Part shown: positions 8,868-19,877 of the stretch, piece after piece | Layout: every line of letters starts with the position of its first letter | Position numbering within the stretch: the stretch's first letter is position 1 | Origin: Alphaproteobacteria bacterium | Lineage (GTDB): Bacteria > Pseudomonadota > Alphaproteobacteria > CAAHEQ01 > UBA3637 | DNA: 32,000 nucleotides | Direction of reading: 5' to 3' | Assembly: GCA_028696805.1 (NCBI GenBank) | Contig: JAQVGI010000002.1 | Span: 1-32,000, forward strand | The notes under the pieces: model-generated | Database searches by the model: none | Told to the model about the DNA's origin: nothing | The model's input: only the letters and a program-made list of their open reading frames with translations | Program-made: the position numbers and the translations under genes

Positions 8868-9602
8868 ATGCGTTCAGGTGTTATCGCAGAAAAAATCGGC
8901 ATGATGAGCCTCTTCCTTGACAACGGGGAGCGGGTGCCGGTGAGTGTCCTGAAAGTGGACAGCACGGTGACCGATGTCCGGACCAAGGAGCGGGACGGGT
9001 ATGTCGCCGTCCAGCTGGGGGCGGGCAAAGCCAAGGCCAAGAAAATGGCCAAAGCCCAGATCGGCCATTTCGCCAAGCTGAAGGTGGAGCCGAAAAAGAC
9101 GTTGGTCGAGTTCCGCGTGTCGGACGATTGCGTGATTCCGGTGGGCTCTCAAATAGGTGCCAACCATTTCGTCGTCGGCCAGAAGGTGGATGTTTCGGGC
9201 GTTTCGCTCGGCAAAGGTTTCGCCGGCGTGGTCAAGAAATACCATTTCGGCGGCGACTGCGCGTCGCACGGCGTGTCTCGGACGCATCGTTCGGGCGGGT
9301 CGACGGGCCAGCGCGAATGGCCGGGCAAGGTCTTTAAGAATGTCAAGATGCCGGGGCAGATGGGCAACAAGGCGACGACCGTTCAAAACCTGAAAATCGT
9401 CGCGATCGACGAAGCCCGCGACCTGATCATGGTGCAGGGCTCCGTGCCGGGGTTCGATTCGGGCATTCTGACGATCACGGATGCGGCGAAAGCCGCGGCG
9501 CCGAAAAACGCGCCGATGCCGGCCGGACTGAAATCCGCCGCGTCGCCGGTCGAAGCGCCCGCCGCGGAGCAGCCCGCGCAAACAAGCGAAACAAAGGAAT
9601 AA
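8868..9602 (+). CDS. rplC: Ribosomal protein uL3 with C-terminal extension
   Basis: MRSGVIAEKIGMMSLF...SHGVSRTHRSGGSTGQREWPGKVFKNVKMPGQMGN, with an Ala/Pro-rich C-terminal tail. Confidence 0.97.
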   Translation: MRSGVIAEKIGMMSLFLDNGERVPVSVLKVDSTVTDVRTKERDGYVAVQLGAGKAKAKKMAKAQIGHFAKLKVEPKKTLVEFRVSDDCVIPVGSQIGANHFVVGQKVDVSGVSLGKGFAGVVKKYHFGGDCASHGVSRTHRSGGSTGQREWPGKVFKNVKMPGQMGNKATTVQNLKIVAIDEARDLIMVQGSVPGFDSGILTITDAAKAAAPKNAPMPAGLKSAASPVEAPAAEQPAQTSETKE

Positions 9603-9605
9603 GCC

Positions 9606-10232
9606 ATGAAATATGATGTGATTGATTTGCACGGCAAAAAGGTGGATGCGATTGAGCTGGCCGATTCCGTTTTCGGCGTCGCGGTGCGCCCGGATATCCT
9701 GGCGCGCGTGGTGCAGTGGCAGCTGGACTGCCGCCGCGCCGGCACGCACAAGACCAAGGACATCGGCGAGGTCAGCGGATCGGGCAAAAAGCCGTTCAAG
9801 CAGAAAGGAACCGGCCGCGCGCGCCAGGGCCAGAAGCGGGCGCCGAACCAATACCACGGCGGCGTCGCGTTCGGTCCGGTCGTGCGCTCGCACGCCTACA
9901 GCCTGAACAAGAAAATCCGGGCGCTGGGCATGCGCGTCGCGCTGTCTCTGAAAGCCAAGGAAAACCGGCTGTTCATCCTGGACGACATGAAGGCGGCCAA
10001 GCCGTCGACGGCCGCGTTCAAGAAGGCTTTCGCGGCGAACAAATGGGGCTCCGTCCTGTTTGTCGGCGGCGAAAAATTGGACGACAATTTCGCATTGTCC
10101 GCCCGGAACATCGTCGATGTCGACGTGCTGCCGGCGCAGGGGGCGAACGTGTATGACATCATCCGGCGCGACGTTCTGGTCTTGTCCAAGGACGCCGTGG
10201 CGAAACTGGAAGGGCGGTTGAGCAATGATTAA
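9606..10232 (+). CDS. rplD: Ribosomal protein uL4
   Basis: KKPFKQKGTGRARQGQKRAPNQYHGGVAFGP; position in S10 operon. Confidence 0.97.
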   Translation: MKYDVIDLHGKKVDAIELADSVFGVAVRPDILARVVQWQLDCRRAGTHKTKDIGEVSGSGKKPFKQKGTGRARQGQKRAPNQYHGGVAFGPVVRSHAYSLNKKIRALGMRVALSLKAKENRLFILDDMKAAKPSTAAFKKAFAANKWGSVLFVGGEKLDDNFALSARNIVDVDVLPAQGANVYDIIRRDVLVLSKDAVAKLEGRLSND

Positions 10233-10548
10233 GAAAACGAAAACAGACAAGGCGGTTGCCGCCGCGGATGCCTATGACGTCATCGTGCGTCCGGTCATCA
10301 CGGAAAAGGCGATGAAAAGCGCCGAATCCGGCCAGGCCACGTTCCTGGTCAAGCCGGAGGCGACCAAGGCGCAGATCAAGCGCGCCATCGAAGGCGTCTT
10401 CGGCGTCAAAGTCGTGGCTGTGAACACGCTCCGCCAGGCCGGAAAGCAGAAGGTTTTCCGCGGGCAGAAGGGCGTGCGCAGCGAAACAAAGAAAGCCATC
10501 GTGACTCTGGAAAAGGGCCAGAGCATCGATGTGTCGCAAGGGGTGTAA
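10225..10548 (+). CDS. rplW: Ribosomal protein uL23
   Basis: [19 protein letters not shown]...[19 protein letters not shown]. Overlaps the rplD 3' end by 8 bp. Confidence 0.95.
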   Translation: MIKKTKTDKAVAAADAYDVIVRPVITEKAMKSAESGQATFLVKPEATKAQIKRAIEGVFGVKVVAVNTLRQAGKQKVFRGQKGVRSETKKAIVTLEKGQSIDVSQGV

Positions 10549-10550
10549 TC

Positions 10551-11378
10551 ATGGCATTGAAACAATATAAACCGACGACATCGACGACCCGCCACCTGAT
10601 CGGCGTGGATCGGTCCGATTTGCACAAAGGGGCGCCGGTCAAGGCGCTGGTCGGGCCGAAGCCGTCGCGCGGCGGCCGCAACAACCACGGCCACATCACG
10701 ACGCGCCATCAGGGCGGCGGCCATAAGAAAGCCTACCGCATCGTCGATTTCAAGCGGCAGAAGGCGGACATGCCCGCCGTCGTCGAGCGCTTGGAATACG
10801 ATCCGAACCGCACGGCGTTCATCGCTTTGGTCAAATATGCGGACGGCACTTTGTCGTATATCCTGGCGCCGCAGCGCCTGGGCGTCGGCGATACGATCGT
10901 CGCGTCCAAGACCGCGGACATCAAGCCCGGCAACGCGATGCCTCTGAAAAACATGCCCGTCGGCACGATTATCCACAACATCGAGCTGCAGCCCGGCAAG
11001 GGCGGCCAGATCGCCCGTTCCGCCGGCTGCTACGCGCAGCTGATCGGCAAGGACGCGGGCTACGCGCAAATCCGCCTGAACTCCGGCGAGCTGCGCCTGA
11101 TCCGCGCCGAATGCCTGGCGACGATCGGCGCCGTGTCCAATGTGGATCATAAGAACACGACGATCGCGAAAGCGGGCCGTTCGCGCTGGCTGGGCATCCG
11201 CCCGTCGGTGCGCGGCATCGCGATGAACCCGGTCGACCACCCGCACGGCGGCCGGACAAACGGCGGACGCCATCCGGTGACGCCGTGGGGCCAGAAGACA
11301 AAGGGCAAGAAAACCCGCAACAACAAGCGGACGGACGCGTTCATTGTGCGCTCCCGCCACGCCTTGAAGAAGATATAA
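10551..11378 (+). CDS. rplB: Ribosomal protein uL2
   Basis: [16 protein letters not shown]...[22 protein letters not shown]...[26 protein letters not shown]. Confidence 0.98.
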   Translation: MALKQYKPTTSTTRHLIGVDRSDLHKGAPVKALVGPKPSRGGRNNHGHITTRHQGGGHKKAYRIVDFKRQKADMPAVVERLEYDPNRTAFIALVKYADGTLSYILAPQRLGVGDTIVASKTADIKPGNAMPLKNMPVGTIIHNIELQPGKGGQIARSAGCYAQLIGKDAGYAQIRLNSGELRLIRAECLATIGAVSNVDHKNTTIAKAGRSRWLGIRPSVRGIAMNPVDHPHGGRTNGGRHPVTPWGQKTKGKKTRNNKRTDAFIVRSRHALKKI

Positions 11379-11388
11379 GGAGGCACAC

Positions 11389-11676
11389 ATGACAAGATCC
11401 GTATGGAAAGGCCCGTTCATCGACGGCTATCTGCTGAAAAAAGCCGATGTCGTCAAAGCATCCGGCCGCCACGAGGTGATCAAGACCTGGTCGCGCCGCT
11501 CGACGATCATCCCGCAATTCGTGGGACTGACGTTCGGCGTGTATAACGGCCACAAGTTCATTCCCGTCCTGGTCAGCGAGAACATGGTCGGGCACAAGTT
11601 CGGCGAGTTCGCGCCGACCCGGACGTTCTCGGCCCATACCGCCGCCGACGCCAAAGCGGCCGTTGCGAAAAAGTAG
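11389..11676 (+). CDS. rpsS: Ribosomal protein uS19
   Basis: [18 protein letters not shown]...[27 protein letters not shown]. Confidence 0.98.
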   Translation: MTRSVWKGPFIDGYLLKKADVVKASGRHEVIKTWSRRSTIIPQFVGLTFGVYNGHKFIPVLVSENMVGHKFGEFAPTRTFSAHTAADAKAAVAKK

Positions 11677-11685
11677 AGGTGATTC

Positions 11686-12099
11686 ATGGTGAAGAAACAA
11701 GAGCATAAACAATCCGTCGCCCGGGCGCGCGCCATCCGCACCAGCCCGCGCAAGCTGAACCTGCTGGCGCAATCCATCCGCGGGCTGAAGGCCGACAAGG
11801 CCGTCGCCCAGCTGACGTTTTCCAAAAAGCGCGTGTCGGGCGAGGCCAAAAAGGTCCTGCTGTCCGCGATCGCGAACGCCGAGCACAACCTGGGCATGGA
11901 CGTGGACCGCCTGCGGGTGGCCGAAGCCTATGTCGGCAAAGCCATGGTGATGAAACGCATGATCGCCGCCGCCAAGGGAAGCGGCAAGCGCATCCTGAAG
12001 CCGTTTTCCAATATGACGATCATCCTGCGCGAGCAGGAGGCCGCTCCGAAGGCGAAAAAGGAAAAGCCGGCCAAAGCAACGAAAAAGGAGAACGTATAA
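11686..12099 (+). CDS. rplV: Ribosomal protein uL22 with basic C-terminal tail
   Basis: [26 protein letters not shown]...[23 protein letters not shown]; C-terminal [19 protein letters not shown]. Confidence 0.95.
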   Translation: MVKKQEHKQSVARARAIRTSPRKLNLLAQSIRGLKADKAVAQLTFSKKRVSGEAKKVLLSAIANAEHNLGMDVDRLRVAEAYVGKAMVMKRMIAAAKGSGKRILKPFSNMTIILREQEAAPKAKKEKPAKATKKENV

Positions 12100-12785
12100 T
12101 GGGACATAAAGTCAATCCGACGGGGCTGCGTCTGGGCATCAACCGGACTTGGGATTCGCGCTGGTTCGCGACGAAGAACTACGCCGCCTTGCTGCATGAG
12201 GATATGGAAATCCGCGCGTTTTTGAACAAAAAGCTGGCGGCGGCCGGCATCTCCCAGATCGTGATCGAGCGCCCCGCCAAAAAGGCGCGCGTGACGATTT
12301 ACTGCGCGCGGCCGGGCGTCGTCATCGGCAAGAAAGGCGCCGACATCGAATCGCTGAAAAAAGACCTGACCAAGGTGTCCAAGGGCAACGAGGTCAATGT
12401 GAACATCGTCGAGATCCGCAAGCCTGAAATCGACGCGAAGCTGGTCGCCGACAACATCGCGCAGCAGCTGGAAAAACGGATTTCATTCCGCCGCGCGATG
12501 AAAAAGGCTGTTCAAACCGCGCTGCGCCAGGGCGCCGAGGGCATCCGCATCAACTGCGGCGGCCGTCTGGGCGGCGCCGAAATCGCGCGCGTCGAATGGT
12601 ATCGCGAAGGCCGCGTGCCTTTGCATACGCTGCGCGCGGATGTCGATTACGGCCACGCGACGGCGCACACGGCCTACGGGACATGCGGCGTCAAAGTCTG
12701 GATTTACAAAGGCGAAATCCTGGCGCACGACCCGATGGCTCAGGACAAGCGTCTGAATGAAACTCACGCAGGGAAAGGACAATAG
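12099..12785 (+). CDS. rpsC: Ribosomal protein uS3
   Basis: [24 protein letters not shown]...[15 protein letters not shown]...[14 protein letters not shown]. Confidence 0.98.
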   Translation: MGHKVNPTGLRLGINRTWDSRWFATKNYAALLHEDMEIRAFLNKKLAAAGISQIVIERPAKKARVTIYCARPGVVIGKKGADIESLKKDLTKVSKGNEVNVNIVEIRKPEIDAKLVADNIAQQLEKRISFRRAMKKAVQTALRQGAEGIRINCGGRLGGAEIARVEWYREGRVPLHTLRADVDYGHATAHTAYGTCGVKVWIYKGEILAHDPMAQDKRLNETHAGKGQ

Positions 12786-12787
12786 CG

Positions 12788-13210
12788 ATGTTGAGCCCTA
12801 AAAAAACAAAGTTCCGCAAGGCGTTCAAAGGCCGCATCCACGGCGTGTCGACATCCGCGAACAAGCTGGATTTCGGAACATACGGCATGAAGGCGCTGGA
12901 GCCCGAGCGCGTGACGGCGCGCCAGATCGAGGCCGCCCGCCGCGCGATTTCACGCGCGATGAAGCGCCAGGGACGCCTGTGGATACGCATGTTTCCGGAT
13001 GTGCCCGTGTCCAAGAAGCCGCCCGAAGTGCGCCAGGGAAAAGGCAAAGGCGCCCCCGAGTTTTGGGTGTGCCGCGTGAAGCCCGGCCGCATTTTATACG
13101 AGGTGGACGGCGTGTCCGCCGAAATCGCGCGCGAGGCGTTCCGCCTGGGCGCCGCGAAGCTGCCGATCAAGACAAAGTTTGTTGCCAGAACTCCGGATGA
13201 AGAGGTGTAG
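12788..13210 (+). CDS. rplP: Ribosomal protein uL16
   Basis: [16 protein letters not shown]...[30 protein letters not shown]. Confidence 0.98.
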   Translation: MLSPKKTKFRKAFKGRIHGVSTSANKLDFGTYGMKALEPERVTARQIEAARRAISRAMKRQGRLWIRMFPDVPVSKKPPEVRQGKGKGAPEFWVCRVKPGRILYEVDGVSAEIAREAFRLGAAKLPIKTKFVARTPDEEV

Positions 13211-13212
13211 CC

Positions 13213-13419
13213 ATGAAAAAAATAAAAGACTTGCGGTCCCAAAAGCCCGGCGAACTGACGGCGTTGGAAACGGAATTGAAGAAGGAATCCTTCAACCTGC
13301 GCTTCCAGCAGGCCGGCGGCCAGCTGAAAAACACTGCGCGCCGGCGCGCGGTGCGGCGTGAAATCGCCCAAATCAAAACGATCCTGGCCGCGCAGGCCAA
13401 ATCCAAAAAAGGAGAATAA
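13213..13419 (+). CDS. rpmC: Ribosomal protein uL29
   Basis: [58 protein letters not shown]. Confidence 0.93.
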   Translation: MKKIKDLRSQKPGELTALETELKKESFNLRFQQAGGQLKNTARRRAVRREIAQIKTILAAQAKSKKGE

Positions 13420-13421
13420 TC

Positions 13422-13658
13422 ATGCCCAAACGTATCTTAACCGGTGTCGTGGTCAGCGACAAGATGGACAAGTCGGTCGTCGTGCTGGTGGAGCGCCGCG
13501 TCATGCATCCGATTTACAAGAAATACATCAAGCGCAGCGCGAAATACACCGCGCACGATGAAAACAATTTGTGCAAGGTCGGTGACTCTGTGCAAATTAT
13601 CGAAAGCAGGCCGCTGTCCAAGACGAAGAAATGGATTGTCGCGCCTGCGGTCAAATAA
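13422..13658 (+). CDS. rpsQ: Ribosomal protein uS17
   Basis: [44 protein letters not shown]...[13 protein letters not shown]. Confidence 0.97.
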   Translation: MPKRILTGVVVSDKMDKSVVVLVERRVMHPIYKKYIKRSAKYTAHDENNLCKVGDSVQIIESRPLSKTKKWIVAPAVK

Positions 13659-13682
13659 CTTAAATCGAGGAAGGGAAAACCA

Positions 13683-14051
13683 ATGATTCAAGTAGAAAGC
13701 AACCTTGAAGTCGCCGACAATTCCGGGGCCCGGAAGGTTCAGTGCATCAAGGTCCTCGGCGGCTCCAAGCGTAAGGTTGCCGGCGTCGGCGACGTCATCG
13801 TCGTCGCCGTCAAGAAGGCAATACCACGCGGCAAGGTCAAACAGGGCGAGGTGCAGCGCGCGCTGATCGTGCGCACGCGCCGCGAAATCCGCCGCGCCGA
13901 CGGATCGGCCATCCGCTTCGACACCAACGCGGCCGTGCTGGTGAACAAGGACGGCGAGCCGATCGGAACGCGCATTTTCGGGCCCGTCACGCGCGAGCTG
14001 CGCACGAAGGGATTCGTCAAAATCCTGTCATTAGCGCCGGAGGTATTATAA
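13683..14051 (+). CDS. rplN: Ribosomal protein uL14
   Basis: [27 protein letters not shown]...[27 protein letters not shown]. Confidence 0.98.
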   Translation: MIQVESNLEVADNSGARKVQCIKVLGGSKRKVAGVGDVIVVAVKKAIPRGKVKQGEVQRALIVRTRREIRRADGSAIRFDTNAAVLVNKDGEPIGTRIFGPVTRELRTKGFVKILSLAPEVL

Positions 14052-14362
14052 TGAGCAAGTTGAAGAAAGGTGATAAAGTCATTGTTATCACAGGAAAAGA
14101 CAAAGGCAAGACGGGCGAGATTGCGAAAATGCTCGTCGCCGCAAACAAAGTCGTCGTCAGCGGCGTGAACCTGGTCAAGCGGCACACGAAGCCGTCCCAG
14201 GAAAACGCGGGCGGCATCGTGTCGAAGGAGGCTCCGATTCATATCTCGAACGTCGCGTTCATCGACCCGAAGTCGGGCAAGGCGACGCGCATCGGCTTCA
14301 AAATCGGCAAGGACGGCGAAAAAACCCGTATCGCCAAAAAGTCCGGCGAAGCGGTCAAGTAA
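14051..14362 (+). CDS. rplX: Ribosomal protein uL24
   Basis: [27 protein letters not shown]...[20 protein letters not shown]. Confidence 0.97.
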   Translation: MSKLKKGDKVIVITGKDKGKTGEIAKMLVAANKVVVSGVNLVKRHTKPSQENAGGIVSKEAPIHISNVAFIDPKSGKATRIGFKIGKDGEKTRIAKKSGEAVK

Positions 14363-14374
14363 GGAGTGGTTGTG

Positions 14375-14926
14375 ATGAAAACAAGATTGCAAAAACAATA
14401 CGAAGACGCGATTGTGCCCGCCCTGATCAAGGAGTTCGGATACACAAACAAAATGCAGGTGCCCAGGCTGGACAAGATCGTCCTGAACATGGGCGTCGGC
14501 GAGGCGACCGAAGACCGCAAGGCCATGGAGGGCGCGCTGAAGGACATGGAGGCCATCACGGGGCAGAAGCCGGTGCTGACGAAATCCAAGAAATCCATCG
14601 CGACGTTCAAGCTGCGCGAAAATATGAACATCGGGTGCAAGGCGACGCTGCGCCGCGCCAGGATGTATGAGTTCCTGGACAGGCTGATCACGATGGCGAT
14701 GCCGCGCATCCGCGATTTCCGCGGCGTGTCGGGCAAATCGTTCGACGGCCACGGCAACTATGCGATGGGCATCAAGGAGCAGACCATCTTCATGGAGATC
14801 AACTACGACGCCATCGACGCCGTCCGGGGGATGGACATCATCATTTGCACGACGGCGAAAACGGACAAGGAAGCGAAATCCTTGCTGGCCGGATTCGGCA
14901 TGCCGTTCATGAAGGAAGGGAAATAA
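14375..14926 (+). CDS. rplE: Ribosomal protein uL5
   Basis: ATG at 14375 with [20 protein letters not shown]...[21 protein letters not shown]...[19 protein letters not shown]. Confidence 0.97.
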   Translation: MKTRLQKQYEDAIVPALIKEFGYTNKMQVPRLDKIVLNMGVGEATEDRKAMEGALKDMEAITGQKPVLTKSKKSIATFKLRENMNIGCKATLRRARMYEFLDRLITMAMPRIRDFRGVSGKSFDGHGNYAMGIKEQTIFMEINYDAIDAVRGMDIIICTTAKTDKEAKSLLAGFGMPFMKEGK

Positions 14927-14928
14927 TC

Positions 14929-15234
14929 ATGGCAAAACTCTGTTCGATCGAAAGAAACAAAAAGCGCGTGAAGCTGGTCGCGAAGTTCGCCGGCAAGCGC
15001 GCCGCTTTGAAGGCCGTCATCCGGGACAAGAACGCGACGCCGGAGCAGGTGTTCGAGGCGACGATGACGCTGGCGCGCCTGCCGCGGAACGGATCGCAAG
15101 TGCGCGTTCACAACCGCTGCGCGCTGACCGGCCGGTCCAAAGGCAACTACCGCAAATTCAAACTCAGCCGTATTCAGCTGCGGAAACTGGCCAACGAAGG
15201 CCAGCTGCCGGGCGTTACGAAATCCAGTTGGTAA
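14929..15234 (+). CDS. rpsN: Ribosomal protein uS14 (zinc-free form)
   Basis: [30 protein letters not shown]...[44 protein letters not shown]. Confidence 0.97.
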   Translation: MAKLCSIERNKKRVKLVAKFAGKRAALKAVIRDKNATPEQVFEATMTLARLPRNGSQVRVHNRCALTGRSKGNYRKFKLSRIQLRKLANEGQLPGVTKSSW

Positions 15235-15246
15235 GGAGGAAAAACA

Positions 15247-15645
15247 ATGTCTATGACAGATCCTTTGGGAGATATGCTGACCCGCATTCGCAATGCCGGG
15301 ATGGCGCATAAAAACTCCGTGACGATTCCGGCGTCCAACCTGCGCGGGAACGTCTTGGAGGTGTTGAAGCGGGAGGGCTACATCCGCGATTTCGCGAAAG
15401 CCGAGATCCGCAAGGGCATCGGCGAGTTCTCGGTGGAATTGAAATACCACGAGGGCCAGCCCGTGATCAGGCAGATCGAGCGCGTCTCGACGCCGGGTCG
15501 CCGCGTCTACTCGAAAGTCAAAGATTTGCCGAAGTTCTACAACGGACTGGGCATCTATGTGTTGTCAACCCCGTCGGGCGTGATGTCCGACAACGAAGCT
15601 CGCCAGGCGAATCTGGGTGGCGAAGTTTTGGCACGCGTGTTCTAG
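15247..15645 (+). CDS. rpsH: Ribosomal protein uS8
   Basis: [28 protein letters not shown]...[33 protein letters not shown]. Confidence 0.97.
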   Translation: MSMTDPLGDMLTRIRNAGMAHKNSVTIPASNLRGNVLEVLKREGYIRDFAKAEIRKGIGEFSVELKYHEGQPVIRQIERVSTPGRRVYSKVKDLPKFYNGLGIYVLSTPSGVMSDNEARQANLGGEVLARVF

Positions 15646-15655
15646 GGAGGAAAAC

Positions 15656-16189
15656 ATGTCGAGAATCGGAAAACATCCTGTGGCGATACCCGCCGGCGTG
15701 ACGGCATCCGTCGCCGGCGACGCAATCGTCGTTAAGGGCAAGCTGGGCGAATTGAAAGCGCACATCCCGGCCGGCGCGTCGGTCGCAATCGAGGGGGACA
15801 AAATCGTCGTCTCCCCGACCGCCAAAACGAAGCAGGGCATAACGGCCTGGGGAACGGCGCGGGCCAACATCAACAATATGGTCAAGGGCGTCAGCGTCGG
15901 CTTCACCAAAAAGCTGGAGCTTATCGGCGTCGGCTACAAGGCGATCGTCCAGGGTCAGAATTTGAAGTTGACTTTGGGGTTCAGCCATGATATTGATTAT
16001 AAGCTCCCCGCGGGCATCAAGGCGGCTGCGGCCGAGCCGACCAAGTTGGAATTGTCCGGATTCGACAAGCAGCTGCTGGGCCAGGTCGCGTCCGAAATCC
16101 GCTCTTTCCGCCCGCCCGAGCCGTATAAGGGCAAAGGCGTGAAGTATGACGGGGAAACGATCCTGCGCAAAGCCGGCAAGAAGAAATAA
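15656..16189 (+). CDS. rplF: Ribosomal protein uL6
   Basis: [33 protein letters not shown]...[10 protein letters not shown]...[23 protein letters not shown]. Confidence 0.97.
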   Translation: MSRIGKHPVAIPAGVTASVAGDAIVVKGKLGELKAHIPAGASVAIEGDKIVVSPTAKTKQGITAWGTARANINNMVKGVSVGFTKKLELIGVGYKAIVQGQNLKLTLGFSHDIDYKLPAGIKAAAAEPTKLELSGFDKQLLGQVASEIRSFRPPEPYKGKGVKYDGETILRKAGKKK

Positions 16190-16200
16190 GGGAGCATGAC

Positions 16201-16551
16201 ATGAAGCAAGCAAACACATTTTTACGTCGGAAAGCGCGCGTGCGCCATGCGATTCGGACAAAGTCCGTCGATCGCCCGCGGCTGTCCGTCCATCGGTCTG
16301 AAAAGCATATCTACGCGCAGGTCATCGACGACGCGACGGCCCGGACGCTGGCCTCCGCCTCTTCGAAAGACAAGGGATTCGGCGAAAAAGGGTCGACGAT
16401 CGCCGGCGCGGCGCTGGTCGGAAAAACCATCGCCGAAAAGGCGGTCAAAGCCGGCGTCAAGGCGGTTGTCTTCGACCGCGGCGGATATTTGTACCACGGC
16501 CGGATCAAAGCCGTGGCGGAAGCGGCGCGTGAAGCCGGCTTGTCATTTTAA
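16201..16551 (+). CDS. rplR: Ribosomal protein uL18
   Basis: [32 protein letters not shown]...[28 protein letters not shown]. Confidence 0.97.
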   Translation: MKQANTFLRRKARVRHAIRTKSVDRPRLSVHRSEKHIYAQVIDDATARTLASASSKDKGFGEKGSTIAGAALVGKTIAEKAVKAGVKAVVFDRGGYLYHGRIKAVAEAAREAGLSF

Positions 16552-16563
16552 GGAGCAGACACC

Positions 16564-17181
16564 ATGACAGAATTAGAACAGGAAAAGACAGACAAGAAAC
16601 GCCGCCCGCGCAAAGACCGCGGCGACAACGAATCCCGCGCCGACCGCGTGGCCGACGAATTCACGGACCGCGTCGTGCATGTGAACCGCGTGTCCAAAAC
16701 CGTCAAGGGCGGCAAGCGCTTCGCGTTCGCGGCCCTGGTGGTCGTCGGCGACCAGAAAGGGCGCGTCGGATTCGCGCACGCCAAGGCGAAGGAAGTCCCC
16801 GACGCCATCAAGAAGGCGACCGACCGCGCGCGCCGCAAACTGATCCGCGTGCCGCTGCGCGAAAGCCGGACGCTGCACCACGACATGAAAGGCCATTTCG
16901 GCGCCGGATATGTGACGATGCGGACGGCTCCGGCCGGTACCGGCATCATCGCCGGCGGCCCGATGCGCGCCGTGTTCGAGGTGCTGGGCGTTCAGGATGT
17001 CGTCGCCAAATGCACCGGATCGTCCAACCCGCATAACATGGTCCGCGCGACGTTCGAGGCGCTGCAGGCGCTGAACTCCCCGCGCAGCGTCGCCGCCAAA
17101 CGCGGCAAGAAAGTCAGCGACATCATCGCGCGCCGCGACGGCGGGTCCGTCGACATCGCCGCCCTTGAAGCCGCAGAGTAA
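16564..17181 (+). CDS. rpsE: Ribosomal protein uS5 with charged N-terminal extension
   Basis: [46 protein letters not shown]...[25 protein letters not shown]. Confidence 0.97.
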   Translation: MTELEQEKTDKKRRPRKDRGDNESRADRVADEFTDRVVHVNRVSKTVKGGKRFAFAALVVVGDQKGRVGFAHAKAKEVPDAIKKATDRARRKLIRVPLRESRTLHHDMKGHFGAGYVTMRTAPAGTGIIAGGPMRAVFEVLGVQDVVAKCTGSSNPHNMVRATFEALQALNSPRSVAAKRGKKVSDIIARRDGGSVDIAALEAAE

Positions 17182-17186
17182 GGAGA

Positions 17187-17729
17187 ATGAACATGAAACT
17201 GAACACGATACGCGACAATAAGGGCGCCCGCAAATCTTTGATGCGCGTCGGCCGTGGCTACGGCTCCGGCAAAGGCCGGACGGCCGGGCGCGGCGGCAAA
17301 GGCCAGACGGCCCGCACGGGCGTCGCCGTCAACGGGTTCGAAGGCGGCCAGATGCCGATCTTCCGCCGGCTGCCGAAGCGCGGATTCAACAACATTTTCA
17401 AAAAGGTTTTCGCCGTCGTCAACATCGGCACCATCCAGAAAGCCATTGACAACAAGCTGATCAAAGCCGGCCAGGAAGTGGACGAAGTCGTCCTGATGGA
17501 GACGGGCCTGATCAAGCGCGTCCGGGACGGCGTGCGCCTGCTGGCCGACGGCAAGCTGACCGACAAGATTACCCTGAAAGTGGCCGGCGCTTCCGAAGCG
17601 GCCGTGAAAGCCGTCGAGAAAGCCGGCGGTCAGGTGATTGTCGTCGCCAAGCCCGCGACGATTCTGGAAAAAGGCAAGAAAACATCTCAAAAAGAAGCGA
17701 AAAAGCCGGTTAAAAAAACTAAAAAATAA
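17187..17729 (+). CDS. rplO: Ribosomal protein uL15
   Basis: [67 protein letters not shown]. Start may be 17187 or 17193. Confidence 0.96.
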   Translation: MNMKLNTIRDNKGARKSLMRVGRGYGSGKGRTAGRGGKGQTARTGVAVNGFEGGQMPIFRRLPKRGFNNIFKKVFAVVNIGTIQKAIDNKLIKAGQEVDEVVLMETGLIKRVRDGVRLLADGKLTDKITLKVAGASEAAVKAVEKAGGQVIVVAKPATILEKGKKTSQKEAKKPVKKTKK

Positions 17730-17746
17730 CCAAAAGGAGCGAAGAC

Positions 17747-19081
17747 ATGTCGTTATCTGAAAAAATGGCATCGCAAATGGATTTCTCCGCTTTTTCAAAA
17801 GCGAGCGATTTGAAGAAGCGGCTTGTCTTTGCCCTGATTGCGCTGATCGTGTTCCGGCTGGGGACATATATTCCGCTTCCGGGCATCAACCCGGCCGTCA
17901 TCAAGGACTTCTTCGCGACGAACAGCGGCGGGCTGCTGGGCATGTTCAACGCCTTCACCGGCGGCGCGCTGTCCCGGATGTCCATCTTCGCGCTGAACAT
18001 CATGCCGTATATTTCGGCGTCCATCATCGTCCAGCTGTCGGCCAGCGTCGTGCCGTCGCTGAAAGCCTTGATGAAGGAAGGCGAATCCGGCCACCGCAAG
18101 ATGAACCAATACACGCGCTACCTGACCGTTCTGATCACGATCGTCCAGGCGTTCTTCATGGCGCGCGCGCTGGAAGCCGGCGGCGCCGTCATCATGGGGT
18201 CGCACGGATTGTTCGAATTGTCCACGGTTATTTCGCTGCTGGGCGGGACGATGTTCGTCGTGTGGCTGGGCGACCAGATCACCGCGCGCGGCGTCGGCAG
18301 CGGCGCGTCCGTCCTCATCATGGTCGGCATCGTCGCCGGCATGCCGGGGGCCGTCGTGCGCCTGTTCGAGGAAGGGCGCGTCGGCACCCTGTCTCCGTTC
18401 GTCATTTTGTTCGTGCTGGCCCTGATCGCCGCCGTGGTCGGCGTCGTCGTCGCGTTCGAGCGCGCGCAGCGCCGCATCGTCATCCAATATCCGAAGCGCC
18501 AGATGGGCGGGCGCGTCATGCAGGGCGTCAATTCCCACCTGCCTCTGAAAATCAACCCGACGGGCGTGATGCCGCCGATTTTCGCGAGCGCCATCCTGGC
18601 CATTCCGGTCGCCCTCGCGCAGTTTTATTCCAAAGCGACGGACAGCGATATGCTGGGGCGGCTGATGGTCTGGCTGACGCCGGGCGGCGTCGCGTATATG
18701 GCGGCCTTCGGTTTGCTCATCGCATTCTTCACATTCTTTTACACGGGGCTGCAGCCGCACTCCAACCCGACCGAAATCGCCGACAACCTGAAAAAGCAGG
18801 GCGGCTTCGTCGCGGGCATCCGGCCGGGCCAGAACACGGCGGACTACCTGGATTTCGTGATTACGCGCCTGACGGTTCTGGCGGCGGTTTATCTGGTTCT
18901 CCTGTGCATTCTGCCCGAGTTCATCGTCTCCGTGCTGTCCGTTCCGATTTTCTTCGGCGGCACGACGATCCTGATCGTTGTTTCGGTTATTCTGGACACC
19001 GTCAATCAGGTGCAGTCGCACCTGGTGGCGCACCAATACGAGGCCTTGATCCGCAAGGCCAAGCTGAAAGGGAGGCTGTAA
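17747..19081 (+). CDS. secY: Preprotein translocase subunit SecY
   Basis: LKKRLVFALIALIVFRLGTYIPLPGINP...GALSRMSIFALNIMPYISASIIVQL...NPTEIADNLKKQGGFVAGIRPGQNTADYLD. Confidence 0.98.
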   Translation: MSLSEKMASQMDFSAFSKASDLKKRLVFALIALIVFRLGTYIPLPGINPAVIKDFFATNSGGLLGMFNAFTGGALSRMSIFALNIMPYISASIIVQLSASVVPSLKALMKEGESGHRKMNQYTRYLTVLITIVQAFFMARALEAGGAVIMGSHGLFELSTVISLLGGTMFVVWLGDQITARGVGSGASVLIMVGIVAGMPGAVVRLFEEGRVGTLSPFVILFVLALIAAVVGVVVAFERAQRRIVIQYPKRQMGGRVMQGVNSHLPLKINPTGVMPPIFASAILAIPVALAQFYSKATDSDMLGRLMVWLTPGGVAYMAAFGLLIAFFTFFYTGLQPHSNPTEIADNLKKQGGFVAGIRPGQNTADYLDFVITRLTVLAAVYLVLLCILPEFIVSVLSVPIFFGGTTILIVVSVILDTVNQVQSHLVAHQYEALIRKAKLKGRL

Positions 19082-19762
19082 ATGGGGGAGACATACAGGC
19101 ACATCGCGATCATGGGCCCGCCGGGGGGCGGCAAGGGGACGCAGGCGGCGATTCTGTCCGAAAAACTCGGCATCCGGGCGTTTTCGGCGGGCGAGCTGCT
19201 CCGCGAAGAAGTCGCCCGCGGGACGCAGGAAGGCCGCGAGATCGAGGCGATCATCACCAAGGGCAACCTGGTTCCGTCGCGCTATATCGTGAACCGGATG
19301 CGCGAGCGGATCGTCGATCCCCAAAACGCCAAGGGCTATATTCTGGACGGCTTTCCGCGCACCCTTGACCAAAGGGACGAGTTCGAGGCGATGCAGAAAG
19401 ACGACCCGCATATCGTCGCGAACCGGCTGGAGCTCGATTTGGTTTTGCTGCTGCAGGTGCCGGACGATTACGTCATCGACCGCATCATCGGCCGGTACGC
19501 ATGCGCCAAATGCGGCGCGCTGTATCATGAAAAGTTCAAGCAGCCCAAGACCTTCGGCGTGTGCGATGCGTGCGGCCATAAAGAATTTACGCGGCGGGCG
19601 GACGACAATTACGAAACGGTTGTTTCTCGGCTCCGCAACTACCGCAGCGTGACGGCTCCGGTTATACCTTACTACGAAGAAAAGGGGCTACTTAAATGCA
19701 TCGACGGGACGGGACCCATCGATGTTGTTGCAGAAAAAATCAGGAAAGTGGTCGGCTATTGA
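19082..19762 (+). CDS. adk: Adenylate kinase (Cys4 lid type)
   Basis: IMGPPGGGKGTQAAILSEKLGIRAFSAGELLREE...YILDGFPRTLDQ...CAKCGALYHE...CDACGHKEFTRRADDN. Confidence 0.97.
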   Translation: MGETYRHIAIMGPPGGGKGTQAAILSEKLGIRAFSAGELLREEVARGTQEGREIEAIITKGNLVPSRYIVNRMRERIVDPQNAKGYILDGFPRTLDQRDEFEAMQKDDPHIVANRLELDLVLLLQVPDDYVIDRIIGRYACAKCGALYHEKFKQPKTFGVCDACGHKEFTRRADDNYETVVSRLRNYRSVTAPVIPYYEEKGLLKCIDGTGPIDVVAEKIRKVVGY

Positions 19763-19771
19763 TTTATTCGC

Positions 19772-19800
19772 TTGACATTGAACGGAAAATAGTATAAAAT
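19772..19800 (+). promoter_or_regulatory. Strong sigma70-like promoter for the rpsM-rpsK-rpoA-rplQ block
   Basis: TTGACA (19772-19777), 17 bp spacer, TAAAAT (19795-19800) in the adk-rpsM intergenic region. Confidence 0.65.
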
Positions 19801-19877
19801 CCCGCTCGTTTAAATGTCGTGTTCAAAGCGCATGAAACAAAACGGCAACTTTTCTAAAAGTGAATGGAGAATTTACC

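Noticed and set aside
8874-10250. 458 aa - strand ORF over rplC/rplD
   Set aside because: Antisense shadow ORF, no ribosome-binding site or family motifs. The same applies to 10272-11420, 13739-14752, 16992-17867 and 20656-21771.
17795-19579. 594 aa ORF on the - strand across secY/adk
   Set aside because: Antisense shadow ORF of high-GC coding DNA. Low-complexity Arg/His/Asp-rich translation, no start-site signals, fully overlaps well-supported secY and adk.
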